Origin: Eledone cirrhosa
Taxonomy: Eukaryota
Length of the DNA: 64,000 nucleotides
Assembly (NCBI GenBank): GCA_964016885.1
Contig: OZ024740.1
Span: 150,908,001-150,972,000 of the forward strand
Direction: 5' to 3'
Below are positions 54,479 through 64,000 of the stretch, in pieces. The position numbers and the translations under genes are program-made. The stretch's first letter is position 1. Each line of letters opens with the position of its first letter. The notes under the pieces were generated by a model, which had not been told where the DNA came from, did not search any database, and saw nothing but the letters and a program-made list of their open reading frames with translations.

Positions 54479-54480
<2 letters not shown>
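52976..54480. ncRNA. Retrozyme-like array: ~511-bp non-coding unit with one hammerhead per unit, one inverted copy plus a ~1.8-unit tandem
   Basis: The hammerhead aacggtg-CTGATGA-t-AGC-taacaa-GCT-t-GAAACTAGTA-catcgtt occurs at 53667-53711 (+), 54178-54222 (+) and 53335-53379 (-). Confidence 0.85.
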
Positions 54481-54523
<43 letters not shown>

Positions 54524-54614
54524 ACTATATATGTATACTATATATAGAGTTATAAACTCAAACAGTCTTTTACAATTAAATAGCTCAAAGAAAGAGATAT
54601 TTCTGAGCCGTGAA

Positions 54615-55170
54615 ATATAAATTAATATATGATAAACACTAATACAATTATATAAGTGTTTGTATTGCAAATGACCAAGTTAGCTAGAGTGATAAATACT
54701 AATTAAATTAATACAGTTTGCCTGTCTCGATTTAAAACAATAAATCGATAAAAACAAACCCATATTAGCAATAGCCGTGATACCTGGACAAATTTGAATT
54801 TCAAAACTCAAATCCGTTTCGCAACAATAAGTGAAAATTCCATTTCTGTGCTCATCTCCAGGTATCCAGAAATCCTCCTAAGTATTTTCAGGTGAAACAC
54901 ACCAATTTCTGGATAACTGCAGATGAGCACAGAAATGGAATTTTCATTTATTGTTACGAAACGGATTTGAGTTTTGAAATTCAAATTTGTCCAGGTATCA
55001 CGGCTATTGCCAATATGGGTTTGTTTTTATTGATTTATTGTTTTAAATCGAGACAGGCAAACTGTATTAATTTAATTAGTATTTTTCAATCTAGCTAACC
55101 TGGTCATTTGCAATACAAACACTTGTATAATTGTATTAGTGTTTATCATATATTAATTTATATTAATTTG
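54615..55170. mobile_element. Fold-back (~255-bp arms) with inverted hammerheads having a long stem III
   Basis: 54917-54994 (+) reads ctg-CAGATGA-[stem II]-GAAACGGATTTGA-gttttgaaat-TCAAATTTGTC-cag. The inverse copy is 54783-54862. Confidence 0.75.
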
Positions 55171-55260
<90 letters not shown>

Positions 55261-55477
55261 TATATACATACATATATATATATATATACACACACACACA
55301 TATATATATTAATAACAATAATAATAATAATAAAAACAATAATAATAACGACAACAACAACAATAACAATATACATACATATATATATACGCACACACAT
55401 AAACATATCTACACACACACACGATAGCAACTAAGATCACTGATGAAGAACTAACTTTATTCATATATATATATTTA

Positions 55478-56256
55478 TATATATAAAGAATTAATATATC
55501 TAGTAACATATATATACACAGATGCATACTTATGCTAGCAATTGTATAGGTTTTGTCTTAGTAACTTTGTGGTTCAATGCATGGGGATGCAGAACAATAA
55601 TATGAGACACGTAAAATAAGAAAATTATAAAATTAACTTACTTACTAAAATTTTACTCCAACTAATTAGTTTCTGAAAGGGAATAAACATAGTTTCCGAA
55701 GAAACGTACGGAGAAGCCTTTCGTCATCTATTCTCAGCTAAGTTTCCAGGCAATACGTGGACACAGGGAACTTATACAAAAATAATTCAGTGGATGGAAA
55801 AAAGCAAAGCGTGGACTAAATTCCAAGCCATTGAAAAAATCACTGCCTACTGCGTCGGTGGCAAATTCAAAAGTATCAGTCACGTGACATCGAGGTCAAT
55901 CAGTGAAGAGTGGTTTGTTAAGAAGACAGCAGCCGGACCGTTACTATGAACTATAGTAGCAGTTTTGGCCAATTTTTGCTCGACAAAATAATTTGGAGAT
56001 AATTATAAAGAATTAATATATCTTGTAACATATATATATACACAGATGCATACTTATGCTAGCAATTATATAGGTTTTGTCTTAGTAACTTTGTGGTTCA
56101 ATGCATGGGGATGTAGAACAATAATATGAGAGACGTAGAATAAGAAAATTATACAATTAACTTACTTACTAAAATTTAAATTATCTCCAAATTATTTTGT
56201 CGGGCAAAAATTGGCCAAAACTGCTACTATAGTAACGGTCCGGCTGCTGTCCTCTT
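55478..56256. repeat. Partial tandem (~525-bp period) with a terminal inversion
   Basis: 55482-55653 is repeated at 56005-56177, and 56178-56256 is the inverse of 55920-56004. Confidence 0.85.
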
Positions 56257-57849
56257 ATATATATATATATTTTTTTTTTTCTTGTGCAATGGCCATACTC
56301 GATAGCGAGGGGGCAGCCATCATGTATGTATGTATGTATGTATGTATTTATGTAAGTATGTACGTATGTATGCATGTATTACTAAAGTACATACATGCAT
56401 ACATACGTAGATATGATCCCTTAGCCTTTGTCAAGGCAGAATTCTAGGAGAAGGAAAACTCTGATATAATACCTGAAACCCTGATGGTATCCAATGATGT
56501 TGACTTGTTCTTCTTTTTGGTAAATATCATCTTGGTTAAGAGAGTGGGACTGGCTTTGTGCAGTGCCTTTGCTCACTATAAAAGCTTCACGGCACAGGCA
56601 TTGCTTTATATCTGCAGATCTCTCTGCACTTGTCATCACATGGTACCATGGGCCCAGCACTATGTGTCAATAATTGTCACAGGTGTAGTGTTTGTACCAG
56701 AATTTTCAAGTTGCTGGCTGGATTAAAAAGTCACACCCGTTCAGCGCATCGGTAGGGGTTTTCCTACATGGATATAAAGTAGTGGCCGTACTCGAAAATG
56801 AGTTGGCAGCCACCATGTACTAAAGTATTTATACATTCGAAATACGCGTACTTTTTCTTTTTCTTTCTTCATATTAGTTGAAAGTCTCTTGAGACGCTAC
56901 ACCTATTCCCAAACTATATCAAGAAATAATTACTCACTTTTCTTTCTTAAATTTCAATATTTACCATAAACTAACCCCTGGGGCCATCATTGATGCGTAA
57001 GCACTAAATGTCAAAATGATATCAGTGTATTTTCGTAGATAACATTGAACCTGATTTCAGAAGATAACTTTAGTACTGGGATCGGCTCGTTAAAGACTTA
57101 TGATTGGCTATAGTTATTTCTTCAGATCTTCTCAAATAATCTGGAGGATGTTTTAAAGCCCCTCCCAATATCTTCACTGATTGGTTGATTGTCTTTCAAT
57201 TATAAATACATGGCTGATGTTTGCTGATGGTGGGTTCTTCGTCGGTCTAGGCGATTAGCAATCAGTTAATCGATAAAAAATATGATCACTCCATTCATTG
57301 CATTATAGTGCATATGGCTAGGAAGTTCGTGGGCACGTGTACATTTAATGTAATTTCCAAGCTGAATCAATGTGTCACTCTATATGACAAGGTCAGCTGA
57401 ATGAGGAGGTATAGAACATCAACATCATCCTCACTGTCACTATCGGCAAACGACTTCACAGCTACCGACACCACTAAGATAGTAACAGGGAGTAGCACCC
57501 CAAACATTCTTGAAACATCTCCAACACCACACCCACCATTAATGATACAATCGTCATCAACACACGTAGTCGCTTTTCCTGCTTGAAATATCAGCCAAAT
57601 TCATTCCAATCATCATCTACTCTTAAACATTGCAAGATTTTGAGTTATGTAGCCTTAGATATAAAAAAAAAAAAATAATCATAGCTGGAAAGCCTACTAA
57701 ACAACAACAATAGTTGTAACAACAACATAACTAACAATAACACTTCCGACACTATAGCAAGCAGACAGCACCAGAATCTGTGGGCACCCTCAAAGAAGCT
57801 GGAACATGAGAAGAAGATTCAATTTATTCAGACTGACTCATTGCATCTC

Positions 57850-59341
57850 AAACGATTCATTATGACTATAGGTCTTTACCTTGAGGCAAGTTTGGTAGAA
57901 CTGGGACTCCTTAGACATACGTGGGATAGGGAAGGTCTAGATAAACAAAACATGACCTTAGCAGCCTCTGTCTCACCAGGAAATGGAGAGGCAGAACACC
58001 AACCATTATCTCAATGGCTAAAAAGGCCACCATAGAAAGATGGATAGAGTAGACCAGAGCCATACGGACTCTCGAAAACTATGACCAAGTAAGAAAAATG
58101 ATTGTAAACGTGGTAGGGGTCAGTATGAGATTAGAAAATATGTGCCTAAGAAGATACGGTGGCTATTAATGACAGCATTGCTGGTAATGGGGCTACCCAC
58201 CTTATGGTATGGTGGGACAGGTGACTTAAGCAACGCCTAGAAGTGAACTATATAGCCCTGACTATATACTTCCACCAAGAGAGCTAAGTCGATATAGTAG
58301 CTAAAACACTCCACAAGAGAAGAGTCAGGAATTAAAAATGAACATAGTTACCTCTATCCTCCAAAGTATTAAAGTTACCGTATATTACACAACCAAACAG
58401 CCTAACCATAGACTACCTGTACTAGAAACAGAACTCTTATTAGACGCTATTGATAATAAAGTACAGACCCAAGTTTCTGCTTCACCGGAGCACATCCGTT
58501 TCGCATAATGTAAAAATTAACATACTGATTGCGGACATGGAGTGATGAAATGTGTGTTCCGCAAGTGCGATCATAAAGAATTAGAGAGTCACACACAACA
58601 CTTCGCATGCATTTCTCTGATTACAATGAAAGAGACATGATCAAAGTGTACAAAGGAACCAGGGCTAAATGGTTGAATATCATAGACAATTATCCGAATG
58701 GGGCTTGTCCCATGTATAGGGACAAATTTTTGAATATGTTACAGAGAGTTAAGAAGAAGATAGATAATGTGAATTCATGGTATGAAAGCAACAAATACGA
58801 GAGTGTAACGGCCGTTAATGCTAACCATACAAGTGAAATAGCATGCAGATTTAGAAGAGCTTTAAATAAGTTAAAATTAAATATTAAGATAGAGGAAAAA
58901 ACCAAGTATTACGATGAAAGCACTGATCGACAGAACGTATACTTTTCAGAAAACCCTCTGTACTGATATAAAATGGATATTAAGCCCACAGATTAACATT
59001 AAAACTAGGGACGTAGTTTATAGGATAGGAGATAATGTAATAATAGGAAGACAACATATATAGGTGAGATGGCTCGTAGCATAGGAAAAGGAAAGAAAGA
59101 ACACTGGCGAGAACTCCAGGACGAGGAAAACTCATCAGCGCTCTACCAATATGCCAGACTAGAACATAAGAGCTCACTAGAGAAGATCGAAATAAAAATT
59201 ATATCTACACACAGAACAGATACATTGCTCCGACAGATTACAGAAGAAACAAATATAAATGAACATCGACCAGAATTAAAAAGAAAGCATGAATGGAACA
59301 GTAACAACCTCACAACACAATGGCTAAGGAAGACGCACTAG
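57850..59341 (+). pseudogene. Highly degraded PLE ORF of another lineage (RT remnants plus GIY-YIG tail)
   Basis: Fragments MVWWD, LPVLETEL and the C-terminal SALYQY..EH...LLRQITEE.NI...LKRKHEW resemble a PLE GIY-YIG C-terminus. Confidence 0.55.
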
Positions 59342-60145
59342 AACAAATCTAATAAGATGCATAGACAGACACCCTGCCACACGAACACACATATATATAT
59401 ATAATACAAAACTCCGGATAATAATAAAATAACTAGTGACAGTAGGAAAGAGAAACAGACACACACACATACACAAAAATTAGAGTCATAAAGTCTTACT
59501 CAGACAAACGTATACAGTTTAAACACAAAAGCCTGTAAAAGCAGGAACACACAGAAACACAGACGGAAATGCATGAAGACAAGATGGTGTAAAACAGGTA
59601 GAAGAATGCAGATACTCTCACAGCGACATAAAAGCATGCGCAGTCGAGGTGCTTTCGTGTAGCAAGCCTTGTCTAGATTATACTGAGGTGTGAAGTATCT
59701 TTCTCGAATATTTGAACGAAGGGATTCATAACTTTGAGAAAGCTTTTATATCTCAGTATAATTGTGGGGAGCCTTGCTACATTCAAGCCGAAATCACTGG
59801 GCGTCTCGATCGGGATATTACCTTCATTTATAGGCACTCTGCTTCTTCCCCTGCATAGAGTGCTACACCGCAAACTTTCGACACCCACACAGACGCATAT
59901 ATATGTGTAAGTTGGGAGTGGTGGTATCTTTGTGTCTATCCAGTGATGAATTTAGGGTGTTGGAATTAGAGATCACAATGTCCTGGATTTCATTACCGAA
60001 CAACAACGTCCGTTGTGCTTCAGTCATTATACGGCAGGCATGCTCAGGCACCGGCTTCGAAGGTTTTAGTCAACCATATCGACCCTGTTCATAGACTTTC
60101 AAGTTTGATTCATATTTTGTTGATCACTATATGTTAAGAAGGGTA

Positions 60146-60560
60146 GTAAGCGTAAAAGCCAAATGCGCTGTCTTCAATTCTGTTTTCGTGCCAACCCTTA
60201 CCTATGGTCATGAATAGTGGGTTGTGACCGAAAGAATACGATCTCCAATACAAGCAGCCGAAATGGGATTCCTCCAAAGGGTCTTTGGAGTAACGTTACT
60301 CGATAAAGTGCGTAGCTCGGAGATCAGAAACTCATTCCAGGTAGAGCCGCTACTTCTCCGAATTGAGAGATCACAACACCGATACTATGGCATGTGGTTA
60401 GAATGTCTCAGTAAAGAATCACTGGACAGATTTTATGGGCAAAACCAACAAGTAGGAGATCCAGGAGTTGACCCTGAGCAAGATGGTTGGATAACCTCTA
60501 TGAGCTTGGCTGGTCACGCTCGGGGATCCAGCTGGATCAGTTTGAGACAGTTGCTTATGT
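60146..60560 (+). pseudogene. RTE (Expander/Rex3-like) LINE 3' fragment
   Basis: KAKCAVFNSVFVPTLTYGHE*WVVTERIRSPIQAAEMGFLQRVFGVTLLDKVRSSEIR..VEPLLLRIERSQ. Confidence 0.85.
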
Positions 60561-60723
60561 GTACATAACTATATAAAGATAGATAGATAGATAGCAGCAG
60601 CAGCTATTTGTTAATCCGCTAATCCCACAAAATAAATGAGCAGCAAAGTTAAAAGCAGACATGGAGACATAGAATCACATACACACAAAGGCATAAAAAG
60701 ACATTTATTATTATGGGTTTGTA

Positions 60724-60920
60724 TAGGGCGGTGGATTGGCAGTATCAGTAGAGGGTCGGGCGCCATGCTTTGCAACATAGAGTTACGGCCCTTTACAGTC
60801 TATGTTCAAATTCCCCGAGGTTATTTTTGCCTTTCATCCTTACGGGGGTCGATAACATAAAGTACCAGTAATGCACTGGGTTATTGCTGGCCTTGTGCCA
60901 AAAGTAGAAACAATTATTAT
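60724..60920 (+). mobile_element. tRNA-derived SINE (octopus-type)
   Basis: TGGCAGTATCAGTAG (A-box-like), GTTCAAATTCC (B-box), the body ttgcctttcatccttacgggggtcgataa..aagtaccagt, and an (ATT) tail. Confidence 0.75.
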
Positions 60921-61413
60921 AGGTGTGTATAGATCAGCCTCTATACAGCGTTTCACTCACGTGGCATGGGTGAAACCTAAGCTATATATCGAGGACTGAA
61001 CCTGAAACTACGTGGTTTCTATCTAAATGTTATATTATCAGAATTTCTGTTTACAATACCATAATGTATCAGATATATTCAAACGTTAACTGAATGAGCA
61101 CACAATTCGTCAACATAGAGTGAAAATGTTATTATCTGAGTAGAAAAATTGTAGTGACTTCGAAGTTTCATTTCAGTCTTTTCATATTTAAGATAATATA
61201 TACACTATGCATGTGTAATATACATATTATATGTTCATGCATCAACACATACACGCGCGCGCGAGTAGCTATTCATATATGTATGTAATATATGTACGTA
61301 TGTAAGAATTTATGCATGTATAACATACGAATACATACATATAAAAAGTTATACATAAACACACCCACACGCATATATCATATTATTTATATATATGTTT
61401 ATATATATATATA

Positions 61414-61558
61414 TATTGAATATGTAGAGATATTATATATGTTATACACGAACACACATACATACATACCCCCACCCCATATATATATATATATATGGGG
61501 GGGCTATGTATGTGTGTTCGTGTATAATATATATATAATATCTCTACATATTCAATAT
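61414..61558. repeat. Imperfect palindrome centred on (TA)n
   Basis: tattgaatatgtagagatattat...cccc-(TA)n-gggg...ataatatctctacatattcaata. Confidence 0.85.
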
Positions 61559-61564
61559 CAATAA

Positions 61565-61604
<40 letters not shown>

Positions 61605-61686
61605 GTGTGTGTGTGTGTATAAACATGCACACATGCTAGCGTGCACGCACACACACACGCACACATGCACACACATGCACACACAC

Positions 61687-61760
<74 letters not shown>

Positions 61761-61761
61761 G

Positions 61762-61843
<82 letters not shown>

Positions 61844-62010
61844 TATGCGAATGCGTGATAGAAACAACACAAATATTATTTACTGAAAAAATTTTAAATG
61901 AAAGAATAACATTCAATGCCAACAACAATAGCAACAACATCAATGATAATAATAATTTTAATAATTTTAAAAATAATAATAACAACAACAACAATAGCAA
62001 AAACAATACC

Positions 62011-62049
<39 letters not shown>

Positions 62050-62297
62050 TATAATGCTTTCTTTATTTTGATAATAATAATAATAATAATGAACAATGAC
62101 AGCATAAAAGTAAGTCATATTTGTTGCAAAGCTGTAACGCCACCTACCGGTGAGGAAGCAAGTAACAACTGCATAAACGTGTAGTGTGTGAATGTGATTG
62201 CTATCACAAAGATCAAAGGGAATTTTATAAAAGGTGTTATAAAAGGTGGTAGGAGGCTGTCGGTGTTGGAAGCTGGTGGAGTAACTTGATCAGTGAC

Positions 62298-62660
62298 GGA
62301 TGGTGGTGGTGGTGGTGGTGGTGGTGGTAGTAGGATAATGACGGTGGTAGTACAGGTGGTATTGTTGGTAGTGTTAGTGGTGGTGATGGCCTTCGTAGGA
62401 GAGGTGGTATATTTAGTATGGGTGAAAGATGACCTGGTGGTAATGATGGTGTTGGTGGCGGTGGTGCTGGGGGAACATGGTAATGGTGATGGAAGTAGTA
62501 GAGGTGGTGGCGGTGGTGGTATTGGTGGTGGTGGTGGTGGTGGTGGTGATGGTGATGGTAGTGGTGGTGGTGGTATTGGTGGTGGTGGTGGTGGTATTGG
62601 TGGTGGTTGGTAATGGTGGTGGTGGTGGTGTTATTGGTGGTGATGGTAGTGGTAATGCTA
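62298..62660. repeat. (GGT)n-rich low-complexity tract
   Basis: Visible directly. It produces the spurious poly-Gly, poly-Val and poly-Thr ORFs. Confidence 0.9.
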
Positions 62661-62984
62661 GTATTATAAGCTTTATTGATGACACCTGTGATGATCGTTA
62701 AGAGGCTGTTGGCGGTGATAACAGGTATGAATATGAGAGCAATAATAACGGTTTTAACAGTTATGTTGGTGGGATGGTGATGTTGGTAGTTGTTGTGGGC
62801 GTCGTGGTCTACATTGTTCGTTGACGCATTGTTGGCTCTGATTGACGAGGGTGATCTTGATGCTGGTATTGGATGGGCTGATGTTTATTATAAAAGGATA
62901 AAGATTCCATAACCTCCTTGTGGAGTCGTAGAGGCGGAGCCCGACCATCTCCAAGTCTGAACACAACCGATTTTTCTACATAGG

Positions 62985-63150
62985 AAGTATCGACCCCAGT
63001 ACTGGACTGGTAGGGATTTTTTAACAACCTCGAAAGTATGAAAGGCAAAATTGATCACGGCGGTATTTGAACTCAGAACGCACAATGAGGTGGGACGAAT
63101 ACTGTAAAGCATTCTCTCCGACGTCCAAACGACTCTGCCATTCGCTGCCT
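62985..63150 (-). mobile_element. tRNA-derived SINE, same family as 60724
   Basis: The reverse complement reads ggcagcgaatggcagagtcgtttgg...gagttcaaatacc...ttgcctttcatac...taccagtccagtactggggtcgata. Confidence 0.75.
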
Positions 63151-63514
63151 ATGATTATTGTTATGTCACAGATGTTAGTAGATGTGGTAATTATTTAAAA
63201 TTGTTCGTAGAGATGGTACACTGCTAGTAGTAATGGTTATAGTAGAGCGTATTGCTTTGATGTATTGATAGTAATGTAAAAGCATAATAGGCAATACCGA
63301 TATATAGACAAGTAACTGTGTACATATATACGAACACAGAAACACACACACCCTCACAAACACCCACCCACACACGCATATATAATACATATACACATAC
63401 TACACACACACACACACATGTATATATATTTATATATCCATGTATATATATATATATATATATATGTATAGAGTTTTGCGAGGTTTTTTATATGAAATCG
63501 TGTGTCGAAACAGA

Positions 63515-64000
63515 TATTGTTATATTTGGGGAGGGTCATATTTGCGTAATATTGCCAGAATTAATAACAGAACACACTCACTGTTTGGTTGGTTTTCGCT
63601 TCTCGCTGTCTTTTATATATATATATCTGCGATCTAACTTACTCGGTCCTCAATGTTGCCATTGACTGACCGGCGGTAAAAAATAATACAAATACAATAT
63701 AGACACAAACACATATATATATAGTTTACATAATTTACATAAATCTTTCGTTGCACAGCTGCAACATCGTCAGTGGTGTTATATTCATTGTTCCTCCTGT
63801 TGTGTTGTATGTCTACGCCATTTTTTTTGTTCAGTCTGTCTATATATTTATTTATTTATTTGCTTGTTTGTTTATCTTATTTTATTTTGTCTTCTTTGCG
63901 CATGCGTTTGCGTGTGTGCATAGTGTTATGTGTGATGTGTGACTAGTGTGTATAGTGACTAGTGTGTATAGTGTGTATAGTGTTGAAAAAATCCTCAACG
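63515..64000 (-). mobile_element. PLE pseudo-LTR family copy (homolog of 6900-7560) with a hammerhead at ~63737-63776
   Basis: The reverse complement reads cca-CTGACGA-t-GTTGCA-gctg-TGCAAC-GAAAG, with the same terminal ATGACCCTCC..ATAACAA motif. Confidence 0.75.

Larger units (their letters stand above)
52793..55433. repeat. Outer inverted repeat (52793-52960 / 55260-55433) enclosing the retrozyme array and a second fold-back
   Basis: tagttgcaatcgtgtgtg..agatatgtttatg is mirrored by cataaacatatct..cacacgatagcaacta. Confidence 0.8.

Noticed and set aside
62293-62701. Gly-rich, Val-rich and Thr-rich ORFs
   Set aside because: They come from (GGT)n low-complexity sequence, with no evidence of a real glycine-rich protein.

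Overview
Eukaryotic, AT-rich, microsatellite-dense, apparently intergenic DNA. It is most likely from an octopus/cephalopod, inferred only from tRNA-derived SINEs that resemble octopus SINE families. I cannot support any host gene. The window is a pile of retroelements, most of them inserted into (TA)n tracts. Penelope-like elements (PLEs, RT + GIY-YIG) dominate. There are two Neptune-type copies (10.0-13.3 kb, 29.1-33.2 kb), the 5' end of another PLE at the left edge, and three Hydra-clade-like copies (18.7-24.5 kb; 39.6-42.9 kb with an intact 709-aa ORF; 43.4-48.1 kb), plus several degraded endonuclease remnants. About 25-30 type-I hammerhead ribozyme motifs can be read by eye. They sit in PLE pseudo-LTRs, in non-coding fold-back derivatives and in a ~511-bp tandem retrozyme-like array (53.0-54.5 kb). 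Other elements are an L1/Tx1-type remnant, an R4/Dong-like RLE fragment in (ATGT)n, RTE fragments (one with three C2H2 fingers) and SINEs. The most notable signals are: a phase-conserved U-UUU-UUA(G) site that both Neptune RT ORFs appear to need (-1 frameshift or splice acceptor); family-specific hammerhead core variants; hammerhead stem III made of the (UA)n target repeat; an in-frame TGA exactly at a conserved Cys; and many (TA)n-bounded hairpin elements. All structures were read by eye, so element boundaries are approximate.
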